A DNA stretch of 64,000 bases from an uncultured Candidatus Saccharibacteria bacterium (lineage in GTDB: Bacteria; Patescibacteriota; Minisyncoccia; Phycocordibacterales; UBA2100): NCBI GenBank assembly GCA_964512835.1, contig CAZELA010000001.1:105372-169371 (forward strand). Direction: 5' to 3'. Under the pieces are notes generated by a model, which made no database searches, was not told where the DNA came from, and worked only from the letters and a program-made list of their open reading frames with translations. The translations under genes and the position numbers were made by a program. Positions 18,054 to 28,644 of the stretch are shown here, piece after piece (the first letter of the stretch is position 1; every line of letters starts with the position of its first letter).

Positions 18054-19301
18054 ATGAGCGGCATCATGATGCTGTCGCTGACACAGTTCCGTGCGCTTCG
18101 TCCGCAGGTGCGGGCACTCGTGTACCTCTATTGGATCTACATGTTCGCTACCGCTGTGATCGGCGTGTTCACCCAGATCTACGTATATCAAACGTTCAGC
18201 AGCGTCTCGTTCAATATCGTTACCTCGATGCTCAGCTTTACCGGACTGATGCTCAGTTTCTGCGGGTACGGTGCGGTCGCTGCGCGCCTCGGTATCAGTT
18301 CTCGCTACGGGTTCCTCCTCAGCTTTTTGTTCACGAGCGTGGGCATCGTTATGCTTGCCGGAGCGGGGGATATTCCGGGCGCGGCGTCAGCAATGACCAT
18401 GATAGGCACGGGCGCGGGATTCTTTTGGCTCACGATTCATACGTATGAATTGGTCGAAACGCACGATCACGAACGCGACGTGTATTCTACGTACCTTTCT
18501 GCGGGTACGCAGATCATTTTTCTCGTCGGTCCTGCTGTTGCAACGGCGCTCATTTACACAGCTCACGTACTCGGTTGGTCCGAGCTCGTCCTTCTGTTCC
18601 TCGCAACGCCGTTTATATTCATATTGGGATTTTTCTTTTTTGACTCACTGTCGGATTACCGACCGGCCCCGATACGGGGAGTGGATGTCGCGCACTTTGT
18701 CTCCGATTCCCGTAATCGGGCTGCACAGCTCTACCTGTTCGGGGGAGCCGCCTCGCACATTCTCCAGGAATCACTCCTGCCGCTCGTACTCATTACCGTG
18801 CTCGGCACTACGCTACATGTCGGTAGTTTTAATACCGTCTTTGCTATCGTGGGTGCGGCTGCGCTCTTACTCGTCGGTGCGCATCGTCACTCGGGGAATC
18901 GGCTGCACATACTCGGTATCTGCGCAGGCGTGATCATGATCCTCAGTATTCTCCTCGGGCATGCACTCTCGGTCCTGATGCTCATTGTGTACGCATTCGG
19001 CACCAACATCGCGCAGCCGCTGTTGCGTGTGTCGGAGCACGTGATCGATCTGCAAACACTCGGTTCCGTCGGGCATCACGAAAGCGACTTTTATCCCACG
19101 ATGATTTTCCGCGATTTCTCGCTCTGGGCGTGGCGCATGGTGGCCGGCTTTGCGCTCCTTGCCGTTATTTCGTCGGTCGATGTCGATGCGCAGGCGCTCA
19201 CGATCGGTATGTACTTTATCGCCGGCTCGTTTGTACTGTTGTACGTGGGTGCTTCTATACTCCTCGCCGCACAGAAGCGCTCGCAGGGTGGCGCGGCATA
19301 G
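18054..19301 (+). CDS. polytopic membrane protein, possible MFS-type transporter (about 12 TM)
   Basis: Start trimmed to MSGIMML, past the upstream terminator; hydrophobic throughout. Confidence 0.5.
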   Translation: MSGIMMLSLTQFRALRPQVRALVYLYWIYMFATAVIGVFTQIYVYQTFSSVSFNIVTSMLSFTGLMLSFCGYGAVAARLGISSRYGFLLSFLFTSVGIVMLAGAGDIPGAASAMTMIGTGAGFFWLTIHTYELVETHDHERDVYSTYLSAGTQIIFLVGPAVATALIYTAHVLGWSELVLLFLATPFIFILGFFFFDSLSDYRPAPIRGVDVAHFVSDSRNRAAQLYLFGGAASHILQESLLPLVLITVLGTTLHVGSFNTVFAIVGAAALLLVGAHRHSGNRLHILGICAGVIMILSILLGHALSVLMLIVYAFGTNIAQPLLRVSEHVIDLQTLGSVGHHESDFYPTMIFRDFSLWAWRMVAGFALLAVISSVDVDAQALTIGMYFIAGSFVLLYVGASILLAAQKRSQGGAA

Positions 19302-19352
19302 GGGATGCGGTTTTTATGTACTCGCGAGTCGAAGGGGCGTAGTATTCCACGT

Positions 19353-19928
19353 ATGATCTCGGATTCGCAGATATTCATTGTGGTTGACATCGAGGCCGAC
19401 GGCCCCGATGTCGGCCTGCATTCCATGCTCAGTATTGCGGCGGTCGCCACGACCGAAACTTCAGAAGTATCGCGGTTTTATCGCAAGCTCGCGGTATTGC
19501 CGGGTGCGACCACGTTCCCGCAAACGATGGAGTTTTGGAGCGAATTTCCCGAGGCGTGGAAAGAGGCGACCACCGACCCCGAGCCGCCCGAAACCGTCAT
19601 GAAAGATTTTTATGACTGGGTCCAAGGCCACGGCCGCGAAGCGATATTTGTCGCAAATCCGACCAGTCTCGATTACGTATTTACCACGTGGTACCTCGCG
19701 CGGTTTGCACCGGGCAATCCCTTCCGCAGTTCAAACAACAGCATCCGCGCGCTCGACCTCAAGTCGTATGTCGCGGCCAGATACAACTTTACGTTCGATG
19801 AAGCCAAGCGCACCAACTGGCCGCCGGAGCTCACGCAGGGCATGCCGGAGCACACACACAATGCGCTTGACGACGCTGCCGGATACGCAATCGTGTTACG
19901 GAATCTTATCGCGCTCGGTGGTACGTAA
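19353..19928 (+). CDS. 3'-5' exonuclease, DEDDh (DnaQ-like) family
   Basis: Exo I motif IVVDIEADGP and Exo III motif HNALDDAAGYA; start trimmed to MISDSQ. Confidence 0.7.
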   Translation: MISDSQIFIVVDIEADGPDVGLHSMLSIAAVATTETSEVSRFYRKLAVLPGATTFPQTMEFWSEFPEAWKEATTDPEPPETVMKDFYDWVQGHGREAIFVANPTSLDYVFTTWYLARFAPGNPFRSSNNSIRALDLKSYVAARYNFTFDEAKRTNWPPELTQGMPEHTHNALDDAAGYAIVLRNLIALGGT

Positions 19929-19985
19929 GGCTGCTCTCTGAAAGCAACACAGGATACTCTGCGTTTTGCAGGCTAGAATATTCCG

Positions 19986-20795
19986 ATGCGAACCGGAGCA
20001 TTCCTCGAGGCAGGGGGCAACAAAGTCTTTTTTGTGAACGGCGTGCTTTCGGAATTGTCGCGCGTGGGTATATCGCTCGACTATCTGGCGGGCTTCAGCT
20101 CGGCAGCGCCTATCATCCTCGCGCATTTTGCGGGGCTGCACACACCTATACTCGAGGATTTTACGGGACGGCTCGACGCGAACAAAAAGAATTTCTACTG
20201 GTTCAAGCGCCCGCATTTTCCGCAGGATCGCATTTACGGCGGTGCTGTACACGCGCTCGTGCACGAATACCGCACACATCTGCCGTTCGGGAGCTTTGCG
20301 ATATATGGCGCCGCAACTAATCCCACGTATCCCGTACTCAAGAGCCTGACTGCATCCTTTTTTCTACTTGTGCGATATGGCCTCCGCATCAATCTGCTGC
20401 CGCTTGCACGATGGCTGCTCGGCATTGAACAAATAACGATCGACGAAGAAACCGATATGAGTCGCGAGCGACTCGCGCGGTTCATTATGGGTTCGTCGTC
20501 GCTGTATCCGTATATCAGTCACTATCGAGTCGGGCATCATCTGATCCTCGAGGGAGCGCTGCTCGAAGTTGATCCCATCCAGGCGCTTTCGGAGTGCGAA
20601 AAGAAAATCATTATCCATACCGAACGAGGAAAGACGGGGATTGAGAACGGTGTATTCCACATCTACGCGAGCGAACCAATTCCGGAAAATATCCTTGATT
20701 ACACGAACGGCGATGCGATCCGTGCGCTTCACGCACATGGCAAAGAGGTGGCCCATCGCCACCTCTTGGAAATCAAAGACTTTCTCTCCGCGTAA
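19986..20795 (+). CDS. divergent patatin-like phospholipase-domain protein
   Basis: LEAGGNKVFFVNGVLSEL...DYLAGFSSAAP parallels the patatin GGGxKG / GxSxG blocks with substitutions (GG-NK, GFSSA). Confidence 0.4.
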   Translation: MRTGAFLEAGGNKVFFVNGVLSELSRVGISLDYLAGFSSAAPIILAHFAGLHTPILEDFTGRLDANKKNFYWFKRPHFPQDRIYGGAVHALVHEYRTHLPFGSFAIYGAATNPTYPVLKSLTASFFLLVRYGLRINLLPLARWLLGIEQITIDEETDMSRERLARFIMGSSSLYPYISHYRVGHHLILEGALLEVDPIQALSECEKKIIIHTERGKTGIENGVFHIYASEPIPENILDYTNGDAIRALHAHGKEVAHRHLLEIKDFLSA

Positions 20796-21512
20796 CTATT
20801 TCTTCTTCGTTGTCGTCGTCGCTGCGGTGCTCGTCGATTGTTTGAGTGTCGAGAGTTCCGGCAGCACCTGCTCGATGTCGTCCATCGTGTGCAGTCCGTA
20901 ATAGACCTCGTTGTTAATCACGAGTGCAGGCATTTCGTCGCGGATGTTATTGATGTCGACGAGGGTGCGGAGTGCCGAGTTAGTGAGGTTGTAGTCAAAC
21001 GAGTAGATTCGCAGTGTCGGGTACTTCTGTGCGAGACCGGTCAGCACATAGCCCTGCTGCTCGCACTCTTTGCAGTCACCGGCGTTGGAATAGAAGTATA
21101 GGATGAACACCGGCTTCAGCTTGCACTTGTCGGCCACTTTTTGCATGAGCAGCAGGTCTTTGATCTGGAGCAGGGTGTAGTAGCGCTTGAGGCCCATCAG
21201 TTCATCCTGGTTTACCTGCGACTGTGATTCCAGATAGGAGAGTCGCTGTGCGAGCGGCTGGATTTCGGTCGACAGTACCGAATTCTCGGAAATGTCTTTG
21301 CATGAATGCTCGGCCAGCAGGTCGAACTGTGTTTCGAGCGATAGGATGTCGATCGAGATCTTATCTTGTGTCGCCTGGATATCAACGACACGGCGATTAT
21401 TGAAATAGTTCGACGCGTAGACCGCCGTCGCAAAAATAAATGCGGTGATCAAAAAGGCTACGATGTAGCTCGAAAGTCGGGCGGTGCGCGTGTTTACGAC
21501 AGGATCTTCCAT
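20796..21512 (-). CDS. membrane-anchored thioredoxin-fold protein with a CxxC (DCKEC) motif, possible thiol-disulfide oxidoreductase
   Basis: N-terminal TM; FILYFYSNAGDCKECEQQ resembles a Trx/DsbA active site; immediately follows the GT2 gene. Confidence 0.4.
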   Translation of the reverse strand: MEDPVVNTRTARLSSYIVAFLITAFIFATAVYASNYFNNRRVVDIQATQDKISIDILSLETQFDLLAEHSCKDISENSVLSTEIQPLAQRLSYLESQSQVNQDELMGLKRYYTLLQIKDLLLMQKVADKCKLKPVFILYFYSNAGDCKECEQQGYVLTGLAQKYPTLRIYSFDYNLTNSALRTLVDINNIRDEMPALVINNEVYYGLHTMDDIEQVLPELSTLKQSTSTAATTTTKKK

Positions 21513-21531
21513 AGAGACTATTCTATTCGAT

Positions 21532-22758
21532 TTAGCGCCACTTTACGCCAGTTTTCAGCGCAGCGCGAACGACAGCTGTGCCTAACCAAAACGGTACGAG
21601 AAAGCTGTAGAACAACAGGAATATCGGCGTGGACTTAGGCGGCGCCTTATGGCCGGTACCGATGAACGATCCGATTGAGATAAGCACGAGGATCATCGCA
21701 ACCGATACCCATACCAAAAACCAGATCGCGCTTGTATTTACATAAAACAGCTCAAACGACGGACTTCCGAAGTGGACACCGCCGTAATACACACGTTCGA
21801 TCAATCGGTATAAGCCCCTCAGCGCGTAAAACGCGATGCGGGTAAAGAAATAGATACCGGTAAAAATCGAAATGATTGCGGTCGGCAATACGATCAGCCC
21901 TAGATTTCCGTAGCGATGATTGCCGATCATGTACCAGTAGTCCATCGCATTGCGCAGCCAGCCGTACGTCCACCGCACGCGCTGATGGAACAACTTACGC
22001 AATGTTCGTGGCGTTGCAGTGTGCACGACCGCCTTCGGAGCATTCGCGATCAAGTGACCGGCAAGCTGAATGCGGAGTGCGAGCTCCATGTCTTCGGTGG
22101 AGTGTGCGTACTTCCAGCCTCCAAGCTCGTGCAATACGGATGATCGGAAGAATGAGAACGGACCGGGTGTGATGAACACGGAACCGAGTGCGGCAAAAAT
22201 CCACCGGTTGAATATCGAGAGCCGGTATTCCACATTCTGCATGTGCTGCAGCATTGTTTCCGGTGTTCGTACATGAATTCCCGGCGTGACGGCGGCGATT
22301 TTACGGTTCAAAAAGATCGGCACGATGCGCTTCAGCGCGTCGGGCTCGACAACCGAGTCGGCATCGAGGCATCCGATCAGATCGGCGTTTGTGTGCTCGA
22401 GGGCAAAGTTCATCGCAGTGTGCTTGCCGCCGTTTTCCTTGTGGAACAGACGCACGCGCGGATTGTTCGCATATGCCTGGAGATTTTTCCACGTGTTGTC
22501 GGTTGATCCGTCGTCGACGACGATGATCTGGAGCTTGTCGTCGGGGTAGTCGAGCTTGAGCAGCGAGTTCATGGTGAGCTGCACGGTGTTCTCTTCGTTG
22601 AAGCAGGGCACCACAACGGCGACCGTCGGGAGTTCACCCTCCATCATGACGACCGGCTCGATTCGGGTGAACCGTTTTTCAAGGTAGGCAACAAGCAAAA
22701 AAACCTCAAAATAGAGGGAAAAGAATAAAAGGACGTACATTACGCCTTCGCCGAACAT
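21532..22758 (-). CDS. family-2 glycosyltransferase, processive polysaccharide-synthase type, with TM helices
   Basis: VVVPCFNEE, VVDDGSTDNT, DADS, QRVRW (QxxRW) motifs; multiple C-terminal TM helices. Confidence 0.85.
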   Translation of the reverse strand: MFGEGVMYVLLFFSLYFEVFLLVAYLEKRFTRIEPVVMMEGELPTVAVVVPCFNEENTVQLTMNSLLKLDYPDDKLQIIVVDDGSTDNTWKNLQAYANNPRVRLFHKENGGKHTAMNFALEHTNADLIGCLDADSVVEPDALKRIVPIFLNRKIAAVTPGIHVRTPETMLQHMQNVEYRLSIFNRWIFAALGSVFITPGPFSFFRSSVLHELGGWKYAHSTEDMELALRIQLAGHLIANAPKAVVHTATPRTLRKLFHQRVRWTYGWLRNAMDYWYMIGNHRYGNLGLIVLPTAIISIFTGIYFFTRIAFYALRGLYRLIERVYYGGVHFGSPSFELFYVNTSAIWFLVWVSVAMILVLISIGSFIGTGHKAPPKSTPIFLLFYSFLVPFWLGTAVVRAALKTGVKWR

Positions 22759-22841
22759 AGTTCAGTATTATACCAAATTTTGGCCAAATTTCTACCCCCT
22801 GTGGCGCTTACAGTGTTCATGCGCGGGGTATACTAGCCCGA

Positions 22842-23573
22842 ATGGATACAGGCCATCTGCACCCGATATCGCATCTGATTCGCGAAGCAAATCGCATTTT
22901 TGGGGCGATGGGATTCACGATGGCCGAGGGTCCGCTCTTGGAGAGTGAGTGGTACAACTTTGATGCACTCAATGTGCCCAAGGATCATCCGGCGCGAGAC
23001 ATGCAGGACACGTTCTTCGTCAAAGACGAACCCGGCTACGTGCTTCGCACGCAAACATCGCCGGTGCAGGTACGCTACATGGAGGCGCAGATGAAAGCCG
23101 GTGTGCAGCCGCCGTACCGCGTGATCGTGCCGGGCAAGGTGTTCCGCAACGAAGCAACCGACATGACGCACGAAGCGGAATTCTTCCAGCTCGAAGGACT
23201 TGCGGTCGGTCCCGATGTTTCGCTCGCACAGCTTAAGGGCACCATCGATCGCTTTTACACGGAGCTTTTTCAGGGAGCCGATGTCGAAGTCCGATTCCGC
23301 CCGAGCTTTTTCCCGTTTGTTGAACCAGGCGTCGAAGTCGATGCGCGTATCAACGGCGAACACGTTCCGGAAAAATTGCGCGGTAAGTGGATCGAAATGA
23401 TGGGGGCCGGCATGGTGCACCCGAATGTGCTCAAAGCGGCAGGAGTAGATGCCGACAAACATCAGGGATTCGCCTTCGGTATGGGGCTCGACCGCTTGGC
23501 TATGCTTCGATGGGGGATCGACGACGTACGCCTGATGCACTCAGCAGACCTCCGGTTCATCAACCAATTTTAG
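22842..23573 (+). CDS. pheS: phenylalanine--tRNA ligase alpha subunit (short catalytic-core form)
   Basis: HPARDMQDTFF, class II motifs 2 and 3 (FRNEA..THEAEFFQLEG; GFAFGMGLDRLAML); the ATG lies 7 nt after a TATACT. Confidence 0.9.
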   Translation: MDTGHLHPISHLIREANRIFGAMGFTMAEGPLLESEWYNFDALNVPKDHPARDMQDTFFVKDEPGYVLRTQTSPVQVRYMEAQMKAGVQPPYRVIVPGKVFRNEATDMTHEAEFFQLEGLAVGPDVSLAQLKGTIDRFYTELFQGADVEVRFRPSFFPFVEPGVEVDARINGEHVPEKLRGKWIEMMGAGMVHPNVLKAAGVDADKHQGFAFGMGLDRLAMLRWGIDDVRLMHSADLRFINQF

Positions 23574-23575
23574 CT

Positions 23576-25375
23576 ATGAAAATCTCCCGCAATTGGTTGC
23601 AGCAGCATTTTGAACAACCGCTCCCGGATGCGGAGACACTTTCTACTGCACTCACGTTCCACGCCTTCGAGATCGACGGTGTCGAGCAGCACGGTGATGA
23701 TTTCGTACTCGATGTAAAAGTCACACCGAATCGCGGACATGATTGCCTATGTCATCGCGGCATTGCCAAAGAACTCTCGGCGATCCTCGAGATGCCGATG
23801 AAGGCCGATCAACTGAAGATCAAGCCGACACTCTCGCCGACGACAAGCAGGGTCTCCGTCGTTATTTCAGAACCTTCGCTCTGCGCGCGATATGTAGCCG
23901 GCCATATCAAGGGCGTCAAAGTCGGCCCGTCGCCCGCATGGCTCGTACAAATGCTCGAAGCGATCGGCCAGCGCTCGATCAATAACGTGGTCGATGCGAC
24001 GAATTTCGTTATGTTCAATCTGGGGCAACCGTTGCACGCATTCGACGCGAGCAAGCTCTCATCAGTGGGCGGGGAGTACGGCATTCAGGTGCGTCGCGCA
24101 CGTGCAGGCGAAAAAATTACAGCGCTTGATCACAAAGAATATACGTTGAGCGAAAGCATGCTTGTGATCGCCGAGGTGCACGCAGATGCTGCAATCGGCA
24201 TTGCCGGTGTAAAGGGCGGACTGCCTGCCGGTGTCGACGAAACAACGACCGACATCATCATTGAGTCGGCGAATTTCGACGGCGTATCCGTACGCAAGAC
24301 GGCGGCAGCGCTCAAGCTTCGCACCGATGCTTCGTCGCGTTACGAGCAGGTAATCTCGCCGGAACTTGCAGGCTACGGTATGCAGGCAGTCGTCGACATG
24401 ATCCGATTGCTCGCCGGCGGCGAACTCGTCGGCTTCACCGACGTGTATCTCGCGCCGCAGGCGATCAATCCGGTCTCTGTGACTGCAGCAAAAGTGAATT
24501 CCGTCCTTGGCACGCAATTTCCCGCAAGCGAGATGGAGAAAGCGCTCGTCCGATTGGATCTCGCCCATATGACGCAGAGCGACACTTTTACCGTCACGCC
24601 GCGCTTCGAGCGCCTCGACCTGACGATCCCCGAAGACCTCATAGAGGAGATCGGTCGCATCATCGGATACGACAAGGTAACGGCATCGGAACTTCCTGCG
24701 ATCCCGAACGCGGCGGCAGCAAACGACACATTCCAGCGCATCGAATACACGCGCGAACAGATGATACGGGACGGTTATTCCGAGGTGTATACATCGGTCT
24801 TTGCGGACAAAGGCGAACGCGCAGTGCTCAATAAAGTCGGCGGCGACCGGCCTTTCATGCGCAGTAACATAAAGGATTCGCTTGCCGATGCGCTCACGCG
24901 CAATGCCCGCATCAAGGATTCGCTCGGTCTCAAAAAAGTAAAACTGTTCGAGATCGGCACGGTGTGGAGCGCGGCCGGAGAAGAGATTCGAGTTGCCGCT
25001 GTCGAGGAAAAAGGCGAGGTCAAGGAGTACGCGCTTTCCGATGTTCCGAAACCGGATGAGCCGGTTGTCGGTGAGCGCTCCCGACTCGAGCAGTACAAAG
25101 CGTTCTCGAAATATCCGTTCATCTCACGCGATATTGCAATGTGGGTGCCGACCGGCACGACCCCCGAAACAGTATTCGGGATCATGGCTGAAATCGGCGG
25201 TCCGCTACTTACGCGGATTGATTTGTTCGACACGTTCGTAAAGGGCGACAAGACATCGCTCGCATTCCGACTTATCTTTCAGTCGTTTGATAAAACGTTG
25301 ACCGACGACGAAGTTGCGGCGATTATGACGCCGCTCACTGCGGCGCTTACTGAACACGGGTTCGAGATCCGCTGA
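23576..25375 (+). CDS. pheT: phenylalanine--tRNA ligase beta subunit (short, 599 aa)
   Basis: MKISRNWLQQHF start 2 nt after the pheS stop; B3/B4 and B5 region motifs; start trimmed from the track ORF. Confidence 0.85.
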   Translation: MKISRNWLQQHFEQPLPDAETLSTALTFHAFEIDGVEQHGDDFVLDVKVTPNRGHDCLCHRGIAKELSAILEMPMKADQLKIKPTLSPTTSRVSVVISEPSLCARYVAGHIKGVKVGPSPAWLVQMLEAIGQRSINNVVDATNFVMFNLGQPLHAFDASKLSSVGGEYGIQVRRARAGEKITALDHKEYTLSESMLVIAEVHADAAIGIAGVKGGLPAGVDETTTDIIIESANFDGVSVRKTAAALKLRTDASSRYEQVISPELAGYGMQAVVDMIRLLAGGELVGFTDVYLAPQAINPVSVTAAKVNSVLGTQFPASEMEKALVRLDLAHMTQSDTFTVTPRFERLDLTIPEDLIEEIGRIIGYDKVTASELPAIPNAAAANDTFQRIEYTREQMIRDGYSEVYTSVFADKGERAVLNKVGGDRPFMRSNIKDSLADALTRNARIKDSLGLKKVKLFEIGTVWSAAGEEIRVAAVEEKGEVKEYALSDVPKPDEPVVGERSRLEQYKAFSKYPFISRDIAMWVPTGTTPETVFGIMAEIGGPLLTRIDLFDTFVKGDKTSLAFRLIFQSFDKTLTDDEVAAIMTPLTAALTEHGFEIR

Positions 25376-25442
25376 TACTCCTGTTGCTTGCGTCGGGGTG
25401 GCCGTTTGCGCATAGTGCCGATAGGTACTGATGGAGGTCCGG

Positions 25443-25832
25443 ATGGATAGCATAACGCTGCTGCTCGGCATCGTGGTTGTTGTCGTAAGTTTGGTCGTTG
25501 TTCTCGCGCTGGTGTTTATGGTGGGGTCTCGTGTGTTCATTTCGCGGTGTCTCGGGCTCGTGCCGACGGACTCATTTACCTCACCGTGTCATGTCACCGC
25601 GATGTGCCATAGCGTGTACGGCCGAGGATTTTTCCCCGGGGATCCGATGGCGGATACGAAATTCCTACGCGAGGCATTCGTGTTCTACGAACAGCAGGGT
25701 GAATTGACCGGCATGCCCAACTACAGCGCCGAATGCGGCTGTCCGCGTCTCTTCAAACTTTCGCCGAGCGCATCGCTGCGTCGTGAAAAAGCAGGCGAGA
25801 TATTGGTGCGTTCGATCCAACCTTCGTCCTGA
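25443..25832 (+). CDS. small hypothetical membrane protein
   Basis: GGAGG RBS before the second ATG; N-terminal TM helix. Confidence 0.45.
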   Translation: MDSITLLLGIVVVVVSLVVVLALVFMVGSRVFISRCLGLVPTDSFTSPCHVTAMCHSVYGRGFFPGDPMADTKFLREAFVFYEQQGELTGMPNYSAECGCPRLFKLSPSASLRREKAGEILVRSIQPSS

Positions 25833-25882
25833 AAAAAGAAAGCTCCTGCACGGTTTCGTGCAGGAGCTTCGTTTCTGAAAGG

Positions 25883-26347
25883 TCAGCGCGGTTGTGCGGT
25901 CGCGTATGTCGGGTACGACCGTCCGCATGGAGCGAACATCTCGGTGAGCTGTCTGCCCTTGAGATTGATGAGCGTCGGCGTCAATCCGCCGTTCCGGCGG
26001 ATCCACTGTTGCACGTCGCTCGGGTACAGGCTGAAGAGCAGATTCGTTGCTTCGGAGTTGGTGAGTGCCGTCCCGTTCGGTCCCGGGTCCCACGCTGCGT
26101 GAAAGGCAAAGTCGGCCTTCGGTGTCACGCAGATGCGGTCACGCGGAATTGAGCCGAGGAGAATGGTGCACGCCGATGCGCAGAGGCCGTCCACGACGAC
26201 CAATAGATTCTGAGCACGCATCTCCTTGAACTTTTCCATATACGTTCCGATCTGGCCGCCGCGGTCACCGGCGACGACCACCTGTGCCTGGGCACAACAG
26301 TAGGTGAGGATGAGCATGGTCAGTGCCGTCAAAAGGCGATACGCCAT
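25883..26347 (-). CDS. hypothetical secreted protein
   Basis: Signal peptide MAYRLLTALTMLILTYCCAQA; no homolog recognised. Confidence 0.5.
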   Translation of the reverse strand: MAYRLLTALTMLILTYCCAQAQVVVAGDRGGQIGTYMEKFKEMRAQNLLVVVDGLCASACTILLGSIPRDRICVTPKADFAFHAAWDPGPNGTALTNSEATNLLFSLYPSDVQQWIRRNGGLTPTLINLKGRQLTEMFAPCGRSYPTYATAQPR

Positions 26348-26492
26348 CGTCCGCTCCCGTATGTACGAGGTATGTTGCCGCGGGCATTCTACTGCACGGT
26401 TTCATTTTATGCAACAAAAATCGGTATCTGTAAATGAAGCGCTCATACGTCTCAAAACCCCCAAAAAACCGATAGGCAAGCACGCCGAATTT

Positions 26493-26501
26493 TGGTATAC
26501 T
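26493..26501 (+). promoter_or_regulatory. extended -10 TGgTATACT upstream of gyrB
   Basis: TTTGGTATACT lies 14 nt before the ATG; no SD. Confidence 0.45.
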
Positions 26502-26515
26502 CAAACGACAAAAAT

Positions 26516-28546
26516 ATGGCTGAAAAGAAAGGAAAAACCAGCTCGTACGGAGCAAGTGACATTACCGTTTTGGAAGGGTTGGAAGCAGTCCGACGACGAC
26601 CGGGCATGTACATCGGTACCACCGGTCCCGATGGTTTGCATCACCTGATTTGGGAAATTTTTGATAACTCTCGCGACGAAGCGATGGGTGGCTTTGCCAA
26701 CGACATCGAGATTGCATTGTTACCGGACAACATGGTCCGTGTCGTCGACAACGGCCGCGGTATTCCCGTCGACATCCATCCGAAAACAAAAGTTTCGGCA
26801 CTCGAAACGATCATGACCACATTGCACGCCGGCGGTAAGTTCGGCGGCGAAGGTTACAAAGTATCCGGCGGTCTGCACGGCGTCGGTGCATCAGTCGTGA
26901 ACGCACTTTCTACGTATGCGCGCGTCGAGGTTCACCGCGACGGCGGTCAGCATGTGCAGGAATACAAGAACGGCGGCAAAGCAGTCGCAAAAGTAAAACA
27001 GATCGGCAAGTCCAAGTTCCACGGCACCATCACCGTATTTCAGGCCGACCCGTCGATCTTTCCGAGTGTTGAATACAACTGGGATCGTATCGTCTCGCAC
27101 ATGCGACAGCAGGCATACCTCGTCAAAGGGCTGCGCATCGCAATGTACGACCTGCGCCAGGCAGGCAAGGTAAAACACGAAGACACTATTTATCTGCGCG
27201 ACCTCGGACTCGATGCCCCGTCGTTCTCGTTCTATTTCGAAGGAGGTTTGCGCTCGCTCGTCGGATTCCAAAACCATCACCTCGAAGCGGTTCACAAGAC
27301 CATTTTCTACGTCGAAAAGGAGCAGGACGGGGTGCAGGTGGAAGTGGCGCTGCAGTACGTCGACGACATTTCCAGTCGTATTTCCGCATTCGCCAACAAC
27401 ATCTACACCGCAGAAGGCGGTACACACATCACCGGTTTCAAAACCGCGCTCACGCGAACGCTGAATGCGAAGAACGGCGGCGGCAAAGACTCAGACAACT
27501 TCACCGGCGACGACGTGCTCGAAGGGTTGACCGCGGTTGTCTCCGTGAAGCTCGCGGAAATCCAGTTCGAGGGCCAGACCAAGGGCAAGCTCGGCTCAAT
27601 GGAAGCGCGCGGCGCGACCGAAGCCGTGTTCGGCGAAGCGTTCAACACATTCCTCGAAGAGCATCCGGATGAGGCGCGCGCGATCATCGGCAAAATCACG
27701 CTCGCGATGAAGGCTCGCAAAGCCGCCAAAGCCGCCAAGGATTCGATCCTGCGAAAGGGGGCGCTCGACGGCATGACATTGCCGGGCAAGCTCGCTGACT
27801 GCCAAAGCAAATCAGCAGAGGAATCAGAGATATTCATCGTAGAGGGAGATTCCGCAGGCGGCACGGCCAAGATGGGTCGGGATCGCCGCACACAGGCGGT
27901 GCTTCCGCTTCGCGGAAAGATCCTCAACATCGAACGCGCTCGTCTTGATAAAATGCTTGCATCCGAACAGATCAAGAACCTGGTCGTTGCCATGGGTACC
28001 GCAATCGGCGACATCTTTGATCTCTCGAAACTCCGCTACCACAAGATCATCATCGCAACGGATGCAGACGTCGACGGAGCGCACATCCGTACGCTATTGC
28101 TGACGCTCATGTATCGACATTTCCGACCGGTCGTTGACGGCGGATTCCTGTACATCGCACAGCCGCCGCTCTTTAAGATAAAAAAGGGTAAGGAAGTGCA
28201 CTACGCATATTCTGATGCAGAGCGCATCAAATACGCGGGCGTAGAGACCCCGATCGAAGCCGAAGAAGGCGGCGAGGAGCCCGAAGAGGGCGCGGAAGAA
28301 ACGCCGGAAGTCGCAAAGAAAAAGGCGAACAAGGTATCAGTACAGCGATACAAGGGTCTCGGCGAAATGAACTCGGAAGAATTGTGGGAGACCACCATGG
28401 ATCCGACGCGGCGCATTCTCAAACAAGTGCGTATTGAAGACGCTGTCGAAGCGGACATCGTGTTCGACATGCTCATGGGTACCGACGTACCGGCACGTAA
28501 GAGCTTTATCCAAAGCCACGCCAAGGAAGCTACGCTCGATATTTAG
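26516..28546 (+). CDS. gyrB: DNA gyrase subunit B
   Basis: YGASDITVLEGLEAVRRRPGMYIG, GHKE ATPase, Toprim (EGDSAGG), QRYKGLGEM tail; start trimmed to MAEKKG. Confidence 0.95.
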   Translation: MAEKKGKTSSYGASDITVLEGLEAVRRRPGMYIGTTGPDGLHHLIWEIFDNSRDEAMGGFANDIEIALLPDNMVRVVDNGRGIPVDIHPKTKVSALETIMTTLHAGGKFGGEGYKVSGGLHGVGASVVNALSTYARVEVHRDGGQHVQEYKNGGKAVAKVKQIGKSKFHGTITVFQADPSIFPSVEYNWDRIVSHMRQQAYLVKGLRIAMYDLRQAGKVKHEDTIYLRDLGLDAPSFSFYFEGGLRSLVGFQNHHLEAVHKTIFYVEKEQDGVQVEVALQYVDDISSRISAFANNIYTAEGGTHITGFKTALTRTLNAKNGGGKDSDNFTGDDVLEGLTAVVSVKLAEIQFEGQTKGKLGSMEARGATEAVFGEAFNTFLEEHPDEARAIIGKITLAMKARKAAKAAKDSILRKGALDGMTLPGKLADCQSKSAEESEIFIVEGDSAGGTAKMGRDRRTQAVLPLRGKILNIERARLDKMLASEQIKNLVVAMGTAIGDIFDLSKLRYHKIIIATDADVDGAHIRTLLLTLMYRHFRPVVDGGFLYIAQPPLFKIKKGKEVHYAYSDAERIKYAGVETPIEAEEGGEEPEEGAEETPEVAKKKANKVSVQRYKGLGEMNSEELWETTMDPTRRILKQVRIEDAVEADIVFDMLMGTDVPARKSFIQSHAKEATLDI

Positions 28547-28595
28547 TCCAGTCCCAGTCACGCATAAATCGCTGCTGCGATTTTGTAAGATCCGA

Positions 28596-28621
28596 AAAAC
28601 AGGACTAACGTCCTGTTTTTC
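28596..28621 (+). terminator. rho-independent terminator after gyrB
   Basis: ACAGGAC-taac-GTCCTGT followed by TTTTT. Confidence 0.7.
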
Positions 28622-28644
28622 AATGACGCCGACGCGCTCGGGCC

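Noticed and set aside
17264-18067. 267-aa minus-strand ORF
   Set aside because: Antisense to 17222..17992, which has the RBS, terminator and better composition.
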